From: Cirrosporium novae-zelandiae
Taxonomy: Eukaryota
Length of the DNA stretch: 64,000 nt
Direction: 5' to 3'
Assembly (NCBI GenBank): GCA_026023565.1
Contig: JAPETS010000024.1
Coordinates: 62,001 to 126,000 of the forward strand
The translations under genes and the position numbers were made by a program. Positions 1 through 11,884 of the stretch are shown one piece after another; position 1 is the stretch's first letter; every line of letters starts with the position of its first letter. Under the pieces are notes generated by a model that did not search any database, was not told the DNA's origin, and saw only the letters and a list, made by a program, of their open reading frames with translations.

Positions 1-958
1 ACAGTTCTTGGGCAACATGATAGAGCTCCATGAGAGTATGCGTGTATGGCATAGTATCGATATGCATTTGCAGCAGCGTAAAGTCGGGGTTATTTATCGT
101 CTGTTCCTCTAACTGTGACACCAGTATGAGATAGCGATCCAACTCCTTCCTCATCGCCGCACAAAGAGCATGGTTAACAGCACCAAACTCCTCCCTCCCC
201 TGGACCTCAATAAAGGCATCCACTGCGCAGTAATGCGTCGCCATTGTCAGCATAGAAGCAATCAGATCTCGTAAATCAGAAGCCAATCCTGGCAGAACTT
301 GAAAAATGGGCCCAGCTAGCCTGTTTTTCTCCTCTCCTGGATTATATGGTTCTTTGAAATGAATGTATTGTCCTTCAAACCCCATGAAAACAAACAATAA
401 ATCATTCATGATCAGTGTTTCTTGCTCCTCCTTTGGCAGCCCTTTCAAATCAGGCGCCTGCAGTTTCTCCGGCACCTGAGACGCTAATGGAGGAAATGAA
501 ATTCTTCTTGCCAGCGGCGCAGTAGTGTGAGGAATTATATTGGCTTGCGGCATCCACGGAGTCTCCATCTTAACCTCCTCTTTTCCTTTACTCTTCGGCT
601 CGCTTGTCGACTTTGTATGTCTTGTAGATATAGGCGGGCTCCTCATCCTGGTATTAATGTGCAACTTCTCCGTTGTCGTAGTGGTGGTTCTCTCCTTGCG
701 TCTCTCGGAAAATGTAGTGCCAGTCTGATAGTCTTGACTTTTTTTTTTGGATCCAGAGCCGTTCAAGCTCCCCACCATCTCCTCCATCTTCTCGGCTTGT
801 GTTGCGGGAAACCCGTCTCTATGTCTCGCCGATGACCTCCCATCCTCGTCTCTCCCGCTCCCAACTCGGCTTGTAGCGACGCGGGGTCTGTGGCTTGCGG
901 CAGTGGATGTGCGATCATGCTGATTGGTGGTGCTGCGAACGTTTGAGGTTCCTGACAT
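1..958 (-). CDS. SPC97: Gamma-tubulin complex component GCP2 (Spc97/Alp4), 5' part; runs off the window start
   Basis: Manual translation from the ATG at 958 is open to position 1. It reads ...QETLIMNDLLFVFMGFEGQYIHF...HYCAVDAFIEVQGREEFGAVNHALCAAMRKEL..., typical of the GRIP1 region of fungal GCP2. It is absent from the ORF track because no stop falls in the window. Confidence 0.85.
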   Translation of the reverse strand, partial: MSGTSNVRSTTNQHDRTSTAASHRPRVATSRVGSGRDEDGRSSARHRDGFPATQAEKMEEMVGSLNGSGSKKKSQDYQTGTTFSERRKERTTTTTTEKLHINTRMRSPPISTRHTKSTSEPKSKGKEEVKMETPWMPQANIIPHTTAPLARRISFPPLASQVPEKLQAPDLKGLPKEEQETLIMNDLLFVFMGFEGQYIHFKEPYNPGEEKNRLAGPIFQVLPGLASDLRDLIASMLTMATHYCAVDAFIEVQGREEFGAVNHALCAAMRKELDRYLILVSQLEEQTINNPDFTLLQMHIDTMPYTHTLMELYHVAQEL

Positions 959-1352
959 CTCTCATGTCCAAGTTTTTCTAGGCTGGTAAAAATTATTATC
1001 AATTAATCGACCAGAGAATTTTCGCATTGTGCAGGGAAATAAGATAAGCTCAGGATCTGGATCTATTGAGCGGACGCGAACCTCTGGGCAGAAGCGCGTA
1101 ATGAGCTTGAGATGGAGATTACTATGATGGGGCTAGCGTAGTTCAGCCCTATGAATGGCGGCCTGCGTAGACCTCTGCGGTTCTGGATACCTAGATATGA
1201 AGAGCTTCTGATTGTAGCTTCATACTCCCCCAACCATCTCACTCTTCTAGTTCTCCCATAGTAGTATCCTACGCTTCTCAAAGCAGGTCCACTATATACA
1301 TTAACAACTTGACCTTTTACTCCATCCTAACTAACAACCAAGCTTCCTCAAG

Positions 1353-2492
1353 ATGTTTATTGCACGATCAGAATATGGTAAGCTCCCACACCTATTCAAT
1401 CCTCATAAACATATACTCATAGACATATATACTAATTGAATCATAGATCGTGGGATCAAGTAAGACCACAATGCCGATCATTATAAATTACAGCCTTGGA
1501 TTAACCACTCCCCAGCACCTTTTCACCAGAAGGCCGTCTCTTCCAAGTCGAATATTCTCTTGAAGCCATAAAGCTTGGTTCAACAGCAATAGGTGTACGT
1601 ACGATACCTCTGGAATCTACATCCAACTCCAACTATTCTACCCCAAGTTTACTCCTCAAAAAAAATATACTAACCCTCACCCAGATTGCCACCTCAGATG
1701 GCATAATTCTCGGCGTTGAAAAACGTGTGACCTCCACCCTCCTCGAAGCGTCCTCTGTTGAAAAAATAGTCGAAATCGACTCACACATCGGGTGCGCAAT
1801 GTCTGGGCTTCAAGCTGATGCCCGCAGCATGATTGAGCATGCCCGGGTTGAGTCCCAGAACCATCGGTTCCACTATAACGAACCGCTGAGGGTCGAGAGC
1901 TGTACGCAGAGTATTTGCGATTTAGCGCTAAGGTTCGGGGAGGGTGCAGATGGTGAGGAGAGTGTGATGAGCAGGCCGTTTGGGGTGGCATTGCTGATTG
2001 CGGGGTGTGATGAGGATGGACCACAGCTGTAAGTTTGATCCACCATTTCAGCATTTTAATTCCCTACGCCATCAGAACCAACATCCACAAAATACACACA
2101 CACACACATATATATATATAAAACACCACCCCTATCACCAAACCCCCATAAAACCCAAACCCCCCACCATCCCACCATCCCACCAACTAACCCCACCTCT
2201 TCCCCCAAAACACAGATACCACGCCGAACCCTCCGGAACCTTCTACCGCTATGACGCCAAAGCAATCGGCTCCGGCTCCGAAGGCGCCCAAGCCGAGCTC
2301 CAAAACGAATACCACAAATCCCTCACCCTAGCGGAGGCCGAAACGCTAGTTCTCAAAACCCTCAAGCAAGTCATGGAAGAGAAGCTGGATAGCAAGAACG
2401 TGCAGTTGTCGAGCGTGACTAAGGAGAAGGGGTTCCGTATTTATTCGGATGAGGAGATGGAGGGGTGTGTGGGGAGGTTGGATGGGAATTAA
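1353..2492 (+). CDS. PUP2: 20S proteasome alpha-5 subunit, 5 exons (1353-1377, 1447-1459, 1516-1594, 1685-2028, 2216-2492)
   Basis: The spliced product reads [39 protein letters not shown]...[13 protein letters not shown]...[12 protein letters not shown]...[12 protein letters not shown], the alpha-5 signature. All introns are GT..AG with CTAAY/TTAAC-type branch points and the frames join. Confidence 0.97.
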
Positions 2493-2639
2493 GGTTGAGT
2501 GGGGGATCTGATTTGGTCTGATGATGATGGTGGGGGGGGCAGGCCTAAGTTAGTGGATCAGTTAGATATGAACTGAGTATGCACGCAGACATGCATATAT
2601 ACAGTGAATGGGAATGAAACGCACATTCAATCAAAGACG

Positions 2640-4620
2640 ATAATAAAAACAACATTCGAGTAGTTGAACCTGACCTGACCTGACCCTAACTAGGAAGCAA
2701 GAAAAGATCCCCCCTTCCCCCCTCCCCCTCTTATCACTTTCTTTTACGCCATCCAATCCACCCATCCATCTAGATCTAACACTCGCAACACCCTTCCTCC
2801 TTTTTTCATATACCCATCCTCCAATCCTATCCTCATCCCATCCTCATCCTCCGATCTCTACCATATGCATATACATATACACATTATACATACAAACGCA
2901 AAAAAAGAAGAAAAAAAGAAAGAAAGAAAGAAAGAAAGCATCAAGTTACACTATCCACTATCCAACTCCCCAATCTCTAATCCATCTAAATCTAACACTC
3001 ACAACAACCTCCCCTCTTACATCCTTCCATATACTCAATCTCCTAATACCCAAATCTCCAATCCCCACCCCACTCCATTCTATTCCACTCCCCAGGTTAT
3101 ATATATAATCCACATTCTTTTCTTTTTGCCTTAGTTAGGGTAAACCGTAAAAAGTGTTGGCTCGCTTTTTAACAGCCTTTCTAACATATACACATCCCCT
3201 CCCCCAAAAAAACGAACTCATATAAAGGTATAAACGCAATAAATAAAACCCCACTACGCTGATATCAGGCTTTGGATCTTTGGAGATTGAATAAGATTTT
3301 CTATTATATCGTATTATACGTAGGATATTATACGCAGATAGACTATCACAACCACCTCCCCTCCTAGGCTGATCGTCGTCGTTATTATCATCCATCCCCC
3401 CCGCCCTCCTACTGAATTACAATCTATAGTATATAGCGATAGATATATACCTCCTCCTTCCCTCCCACAATAAAATAAAATAACATAAACATCCCACCGA
3501 TCCTTCTACTCCCCTTCTATCCCCTTTTGTATCCTCCTCCATATCCCTCTCCCCCTAACCCAACCCAAAAAACCAAATATACATACATACATACATACCC
3601 TCAGCTTAAATCTTTACCATCCCACCAGACTTGCGTTAAACTCATTAACTTCATAAGCTCTTATAACTTCTCAAACAACAACATCATCATATCATATAAA
3701 AAATATTTATTTACAACACAACAACTCAACATATATGTATATATTTAACATACATAGAAAACTAAATAATAAATTTTTCAATTTTTCAATTTCCCCTCCT
3801 CTCCTTTTCTTTTCTTTTCTTAAACTAGAAGACCGGGCAGGGTAAGGACCAAATTAATATGAGATATGTATCTATGTGTGGGATAAGTTTTTATTATGTC
3901 TCAGAGAGAAAGAAAAAAAAGAGAGAGAGAGAGAGATTAAATGTTAGGTTAGGTTAGGTCCTTGTATCTACATCTACATCTATATATAAAAACTCCGTTT
4001 TTTTTGAGTGAGTGGGTGAGTGAGAAAAATGGGAGGGGGGGACTGTTAATTACGGCAAAGTCAACTAGGTATTTAGATAGGTTATAGAGATATATCCTAA
4101 TATCTTAGGTCCTAGGTATCTATTTAAGGCTTAATTAAGTGAAGTGGTGGATATTCTAATTACGTTCTTTTCTGGCTTAGTTACCTAGGTAGATAGGTAG
4201 ATAAAAATATCTAGGTAGTCTATCTATTTGATTTGTTTTGCGTTCTAACAGCCTTTTTTCCTTTCACTTTTTTCTCTTCACTTTCTTTTTTTTTGTTTTC
4301 TTTTTTTTTTTTTTTGATTTACTTACTGATATGACTGCTCTTTTGCGTCAAGGTGAGAGAAAAACTTGTTGTCCTTTAATTTTCTATCTGAAAAAGGCGC
4401 GGTTCAAGTTATGAACGAACCTGTTTTATAACAAGTTACTTAGGGTAGGTAAGAGTAAGAGTGTTTGTTTGGCTTACGTCCTCACAAACAACGCCTTAAC
4501 ACACAACCTCTTTTCTTTTTTTCTTTTTTTCTTTTTTCTTTTCTAAAAAAAAGACTTTCCTATTTAGCTAATATTAGATGGGTTATTAATCAAACCCAAG
4601 TAGGTAGGTAAGAAAGAGAT
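2640..4620. repeat. AT-rich low-complexity convergent intergenic region with a short degenerate direct duplication and TpA-rich patches
   Basis: ccatctagatctaacactcgcaac (2766-2789) recurs as ccatctaaatctaacactcacaac (2982-3005). The region also has poly-T/poly-A runs, GA and TAGG simple repeats, and TpA-dense tracts at ~3280-3450 and ~4060-4230. Confidence 0.7.
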
Positions 4621-5369
4621 ATTATGATAACATCGATTTTCAAATCCAATCCAGTTCAATCCAACGTAAAACGTAATAGAAGGATATCATTATTTCCCTT
4701 GCCACTTGCCCTTTGCCTTTGACGTTCTTTTGATTCCATTTCATCCTATATCCGCTTCCTGAGTTTCTTTGACGCTTGACGTTGTTCATCACGTCTATCC
4801 AACCATTCATCCGTTTATCTTATAAGGCACCCCCTTATATAGAAAAAAAAGAAAAAAAGTAAATATCATGGGGGAATGAACAGGTGGTCTCTCTTTTTCT
4901 TTTCTTTCTAAAATTTCCTTTTCTCTTTCGAGCGCTTTCGTTCTTTCTTCCTTTCTTAGGAAATGGGGGAGGGAAGGGGCGTGGGATGCGTATTTTTTTT
5001 TCTCCTTTCGATATTTGAGTCGATTTGGTTGTGATATTATTATTATGTTGAGAACGGTGGATAGGTAGGTGGGTAGGATAGGTTGGTAGGTATATTACTT
5101 TTGTTGTTGTTGTTGTTGCTGCCGCCGCCGCTGGTGCTCTTGTGCTTGATTTTTTCTTTCTTTTTCTCTTTTTGTTTTCGATTTCTTTTGCCTTGTCTTG
5201 CTTTGCTTTCTCTTTCGCTCGAGAGTGAACTGGCCGAAATAACAAAAACCAAACCAACCAACTAAACTGATAGAGCATATAACAGGTCATATACTTCATA
5301 TCCTCCAGCAACACGCAATCCATTTCCATTTCAGCCTCAAATAAATACGCATCCCTCCCAGCCGCCACC

Positions 5370-8300
5370 TCAAAACCTCAACCCCTCAACCTTCTCCGCC
5401 AACTCCTCCTCGGTACTCAACAACCCCATAGCCCAATGGACCTTCCTCCCCATTCCACTAACATCGATAACCCTCCTCTGACTAAGCTCCTCGGGCACCT
5501 TGACCCCACCTCTGCCTTCCTGCCCATCAATCCCCTCTCTCTTAATCGTCCTCTCGTACGGCGGACCCCGACCCGCTTGATACGCATTCACCCACGCAGA
5601 CTCACACCCACTCGCAATTGCGAGGCTCGTCTGCCATCCACTTAGCGTTGTGAGATCGCGTAGTTTGCTTACGACCCAGACCCTCTGACCAGGGTCCTGG
5701 AACTGGACACCGGCGAAGAAGAGGGCGAGAGTTCCTTCCATGAGGGCGGAGCCGACGAGCGGATTCAGGAAGGTAGCTTTTCGACGCGGGTGTAGACCTG
5801 CGTTGATGCGGCCGATGAGTAATGCGTATCGTGCTGTTTGGGATGCGGCAACTGACTGGGCAATCATGGCTGCAGGTGGCATGTGTGGATGGACCCGGGT
5901 GAGGATGATGCGGGCGGCGTAGTAGAGCGCCCAGATAACGCCGATGCTAAAGGTGCGGTAGGTGATGCTCGGGCCGAAGGGTGTTGCGTAGGGAACCGAG
6001 ACATCGGATGGTAAGGGAGCGTAGTCTGGACCTAGGGAGGCTTCGAAGAGATCCAGAGCCGAGGCGATGGAGTTGTATTGGGAAATGGCATCGTGGGTTG
6101 CGACGTCAAAGTCTAATTCTGAGGTGGTGGAATTTGGGGAGTTGCCACTACTGGGGGAGACGGTCGCGTTGCGGGTGTAGGCGGTTGGCATACGGCGCGG
6201 GCCGCTTGGGGGTACCATACCGAACATGGGACCTGAGGGCATGCGAGGAATCGCGGTTTGAGGAATTCCTGGCGGTGGTCCGCCTCTCCCTTGGAATGAG
6301 GGTCCGCTTTGTCCAGGAGGCCCTGGACCAGACGGAAACATCCCCGGGACTGGTCGCCACATGCCACCGTTCATTTCCATGCCTTTGAGCTTACGTTTGA
6401 CGTCTTTGGCTGCAAAATCACCCACTCGACCTAGGAGGAGAACCAGGTGATCTGCTGTGCCGTAGATGGCGTCGTGTCTTCCGATCGGACCGCGAGGAGG
6501 ACAGGCAGCCCATTGATTGTAAGGAAGAAGCAAGCGGTTTCCGCTGATAACGCTTTGAAAGGCGTCTTGTTTAAGATACCACCAGTACAGATCACTTTGG
6601 TACTCGTATGTTTCTACATCTTTTTGAGTGAGACGAGTGGCACGGGGAATGTGCTCCTGTCCAGTTTCATCAAGAACAGTTCCGTAATTATCATACTGAA
6701 CTTGCTGGCCCATTATCTCGCCAAGGAGATTTTCATCGACATCCCATTTTCCATCCAAAAGAACATCATCTAATGGATTCCAAGACCTGATGGGGACGAG
6801 CATGCCATGAATGTTGAAATCTCCATACGTCTCGTATTTCCGGCGTGAGGCTGCCTCAGCCCGCATCAACCTGATTTGTTTTGTCATTCCAAGGTAGTCT
6901 GTCTCCATAACCAGTTGTTTCGCCCCAGAAAGATGATTATTCCATTTCTGATGCTCTGCCGTCATCACCTCGAAATACCCTAAAAGAAGAGTTGCTGCAA
7001 ACGTTGCCAAATCTCGTCTTTTCGTCGAATTGCTTAGTGATTTGCGAATTCGAACCAGAGCAAACCCATAATGTTTGAATGAAGAATCGATGGGAGTTCC
7101 CTGAAGCTTGCAAATATGCAAGCAAGCAAGCGCTAGTATTGCATGCATGAGAGCCTGGTTTTGTAAGGCCATATTTGGTATTGTATATGTCCAAAGGGCT
7201 TGATGAGACTTTGGGACCTGTTCTCCACTAAACATTCGCTCGGGATTGATGGGATGGCGCTCAAAAATAGATAAACTTGGTCCGGTAGCCTTGATGAAGT
7301 GGCAAAATATTCGAGCTGCTTCTGGATCATCCACAAGCGATATTTTATCCGCCGGACGATACGAAACAAGGACATTGGGCTCATTGAGGACGTCGGTGAA
7401 AGTGCGGACGATCTGTGTATGGTGAGTGGCTGCCAAAGCTACCATAATCCCCAGATTTTGTTGTGAGAGGGAGTTTGAATCGGAGGGCATATCTTCGTCG
7501 CTGTCTGGTTCCTCTTCCCCGTGTCTTTCCCTATGGTATTGGAGGTTAGAAGCTGGGAGACCATATGTTCCATGACTAGATGTGATTGAATTAGGTTGAA
7601 ATATACTCTGTTGATGAAAGGTCCTTGGGTCATAGAAAATCGGAGTTGACCCAGTCCCTAACCTCAAATTAGCACCATGATGACTGGACTGCGGAAGCTC
7701 TTGGAATCAGTTGGTTCCAGAAAGGGTAACAAAACACTGACTGCGATGGCACAACGGCGCTGCATGCGGTGGCACTCTGAAGCTTACCTTGACTTTCCGG
7801 GATAGCTTCTTGTGGATGGACGACCTGTGGCTGGCTCATCACCGGTTGGCCAAAAGCAGATTGTTGAAACGAAGACTGGGTAAATGGTTCCTGAACAGGT
7901 ACCGGACCAGGAGGATATTGGTTTGCCGGTGCTACTGTATTTTGCTGCACGAGAGGAGGAGCAACGCTGTCTAGTGTATAAATCATGGATCCCGGCATCA
8001 AGTTTAAGCCTTGTGGTAATCCTTGGGGTGTGTAAGGCATCTCATTCTGCCACAGATTCATCATACTACTCGCTGCCGTAGGAATTGCTTGCTGGGGAGT
8101 CTGAGGAGCTTGAAACATTCCTTGATTTTCAAGGATATGCTGGGCTGGGTCTTCTGCAGAGCCATAGGGGTGGTTTAAGAGTGGATTTGGGGATATCTCA
8201 GGGGGAAAACTGTTTTGTAATGTCTGTATGTCTGATGGGATTTCAAACCCTTGTGGCATATGTTGTCTGTCGGGAAATGGCTGTTGAAAGGTCGTGTCTG

Positions 8301-8720
8301 GTCTAGGTGCAATGGCTTGGAGGCCACTGGGTTGAGGTATATTCGACTGAAGAACTCCTTGACGAGGAAGCGGTCTTCGTCCATGCGGAAATTGTTGAGA
8401 TGAGGAGGCAGACGGAAGAAATGGAGCTGCTGGATGCCTAAAGATGACTCCTTTGGTATAACCCTCGCAAACCCGCTTTGACTTGATGCAGTTATTGCAA
8501 ATGGGCCTTTCCTCGCCGCACTTGATGCGTCTTTTTCGGCAAGCTTTCGACGGTTAGTATATTCTTCCCAATACACATACAAATTCCCAAAAGGCTCACT
8601 TAAACATCCTGTCTTGGTTCGTTTTCTTGATAGCTTCGGATTAGATTTAGACGGCGGTTGTGATGCTGGTGGGGCTTCCTTGGTTTCTACCTGACCTTCA
8701 GGCTTCTCCTGCTCGGCCAT
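5370..8720 (-). CDS. Zn(II)2Cys6 transcription factor with C-terminal fungal-specific TF domain, 3 exons (8720-8600, 8543-7788, 7657-5370)
   Basis: Splicing restores [38 protein letters not shown]. The last exon contains ALMHAILALACLHI...FAATLLLGYFEV...WNNHLSGA (Fungal_trans_2-like). Intron phases are consistent. Confidence 0.9.
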
Positions 8721-11700
8721 ACTCCAAGAGGGAAGAGTTGAGAGATGTAGCAATATTGCTAACCGGAGAGAACCTAATTAGTCGAGGGTGTTTATTCCGA
8801 GGATATAGCATTTGCGATTAAACGGTCGATGAGTAGGAGATGCAGGCATTTTAGAGAAGCACAGCTGACAGAGAGCGAGTACAGGATCACACAATGCCAG
8901 AAGCAGTGATATGGGATTGAAGAGGGACTATGACTATCTAGACCACTGACAGCAATAAAAAATATCAATTCACCAGAGGGTGTAAGTCTAGCAAATGACA
9001 AATTCCGCGGGTATGCCAAGGGCTAGAGGGCTAGACTGGATGGATGATTCGTGGTAACAGTGTTTTTTATTGAGCAGAGAGTGAAGAAGGAGGTGAAGAG
9101 TGAAGAGGGAAGAGGGAAGAGGGAAGAGGGAATAGAGAAGATGAGGAAACTATTGGTCAATGTAATGGGATAATAATAAGTAGTCTGAATAGAAATGGGA
9201 AGGCCAAGAATGGTGAGAAGTAGCTAAAGATAATGCATGGTGGTGGTGGTGGTGGTGTATGAGAGAGTGGTGTGTGTGACCTAAGGCGCGAGGTGTGCAA
9301 GGTGCCAGGCCCGAGGGGGAGTCCGGATTCAATTCAGTCCTGGGGGGCTTCTGGCGCCGTAGCCCAAGGTAAGGTAAGGTCTAAGGTGTTTTTTTTTTTC
9401 AGTTGTGGACCCTCTCAAGCTTTTCCCTCAGTGCCTTACCCCCCTCCCCCCCTCTCCCTCCCCCCCCAAACCTCCCATTAATCACACCCATGAATTCCTA
9501 AACTCGGGTCCAGCTCGGGGAGGCTCACTTGTTGTTCTTTGTGCCCAGAGTGGCCGTTTTTTTCATTTCAATCCTTGACTTTTCACACTTCCCTTGTTCC
9601 CGAATTAATTTAACAGACCTTTTTGTTTTTAATTCAAAATATTGCCTGTAAGATGCCGATCATTAAGAAAAATATCTCGGAAAATATCTCGTCAGCTCTC
9701 TTTTTCTTGTCCTGACTTGGTCCATTTTTTTTCAATTCTTCAATGTGTGGGGGGTCTGGGTCTGGATGCAGTTAACATGCACCTGGGCAGTTCTTTTCTC
9801 TTCATAACTTGTGTGGACGCCTCTAATGGGGGCTGTTACCATCCCTACGACGGTTCTACCCGTCCCTCCAACCATAACTTCGGAGACCCCGAAGTCAGTT
9901 GAAAAAAAAACCAAAAAAATATAGCTCTTATCCATAAAAATGGCCTCGTTTGCTTCATTTGCACTCCATTATTGGCCTAATGTCATGATATTGTACTCAT
10001 TTTCTCATCTTCCTATGCTTTTTTAGCCCTGGTGTTGAATAAAACACCAAGGTTGATCAATCACTTGATTAGTCGCCGCTGACCGATGTTAGCAGATGTA
10101 GATCAGAGTTCAACCAGCAACATTAGTGAACGGCCCAAATTTTGTTTAGCCAGGGCCTTTGAAAAAAAAGATTCGAAGAAGCCAAACTGGACCAACTTCT
10201 CAACTTGTCCGTAGAAACTTGCCGTCTTCGGTGTTTGCAAAATTTGGCTTTGCCGCCTTTGTTTGAACCTTGACAGCACCTTAAACTGCAAAGGAGTGGA
10301 GCCGCGGAGAATGGCAGCATCAAGCAACAGTCAAGAATAGAGGATTCTGTTGGGCAGACATTTTGACTCTTTTGGTGGTCAATGGTGGTGGCTAGCTGAA
10401 CGAGCCTGGTTTAAGCCAGCCAGGCACGCCGGGCGCCCGCCAAATGCTTGATTCCAACAGTTCTGCATAAAGGAGAGAGAAAAGGCTGCGGGTATAAGGA
10501 ACGTTTCTGAGTCTCTTCAAGCGCTTTGGGTATACTGTACCTGGGTACTTTTTAAATGATCTGCATTGTTTGATGTGCATCTCGGTGTGAATTGTGAATG
10601 GAAAACGAGTACAAGAGATACAAAAGCGTCATGACGTGTCTATCATTAATCAATCGGTATTTTTCAACATCGAGGTTGGAAAAGCGTGATGATTTACAGT
10701 CTGCACGGGACACCACCATCTGTGCGTTGGTAATCCTTTTTTGATCAACGATCTTCGGATATGATGATACCCGAAGTCTCATCTTGTCATCTTGAGATAA
10801 CCGGAGAGCTTCCAGTGACCAGGGACCCATGTAAATACTTGACGCCCATCACCATTTATGGAAGGAGGTTTTTTTTATTTTCTCTTTTCTACTTTTTTTT
10901 TCTTCACTTATTCGCATCTTCTGGGGCACATGATGCGCATTTGTAAATATATATATATAAATAAAATATAGTGGTTATGGTCTATAGCACGAGAGAGGTT
11001 GGATTGCTTGAAATCTTTGAAATTAAACATGACGGTAGCAACCAAACAATTTGCACCAGATCTCCGGAACTTGCAAGGCAGCTGCATGGTCCAGGGTGCT
11101 TCAGAAAACAAATTTACATGTGCAGGGTTAAATCGATGAATCCAATCCATTCTCCATGATTCTCCACCGTCGGAAGCCACTCCGTGAGGTTGAAAATCTT
11201 TCATAATGGGTAGATCTGACCGGACATGGAAAATGGCAACGACTAGAAGTGGATGGTGTTAATATAAATCCTTCCAATCAGCAAATAACCCCGACTTCCC
11301 CATTGAGAATTGGGCTTCTGCTTTTGGCCAATATCATGATTTGTGCACATTCGAATTACGACTTTTCCTGTCATCCAATCCTTCTTATCTCCGAACATAG
11401 GGCAAGTCCAATGCAATCAGGTAGCTGGCCACATGGGATATTTCGAGATTTCAAGATTTCAAGATTTCGGGATATCGAGGGATCGAGATATCAACTAGGT
11501 TAGTTGGATGATTAGAAAGAGATTTATCATGCTGGGGGAGGTGGAAATATTGAAATGGCGAGATGAAGAGAAGAGATGAAGATGAGGAGATAGAGGTGGT
11601 TTGTAAGGGAAACTATCGTCTCGTATTCCTTAGGCACAGCACTACAGCACTACAGCATCACAGCGAAATGTCGACAAATAGACAAATGTACGGAAGTACG

Positions 11701-11884
11701 TGTCCAATACTGTAATTAAATTACTAGCAACTTTAGCCGAACCAAGTTAAAGCCTTCTTCGCTCCAACTTTCCGCTTTTGTCCCATTTCTCGTACCGCAA
11801 TGTAATTTTCTGATTGACAAGCTGGATGACATTGGCTCTGTGCGTCCAAAACAGACATCACTTTTCCATTTAATTAACTTGACC

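Noticed and set aside
1070..1102. MCB-like ACGCG cores in the spc97/pup2 divergent promoter
   Set aside because: Neither is a full ACGCGT, and no Rpn4-type GGTGGCAAA is seen for pup2; too weak to call.
4320..4440. Possible box C/D snoRNA or tRNA fragment (TGATATGA...CTGA; GGTTCAA)
   Set aside because: Imperfect C box, no terminal stem or recognisable rRNA guide, and no cloverleaf.
2865..5368. ORF-track calls in the pup2/TF spacer (e.g. 4835-5368, 2865-3134)
   Set aside because: Translations of homopolymer and microsatellite DNA with no domain content.
7658..7787. Possible [D1,2] stwintron (G|GTAAGC...CAG|TCAGT) in intron 2 of the C6 TF
   Set aside because: The internal intron has no credible branch point, and ordinary one-step splicing already keeps the frame.
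9600..11500. Short ORFs between the C6 TF and rrp8 as a hidden gene
   Set aside because: I could not assemble any coherent spliced frame or recognisable motif; more likely promoter sequence.
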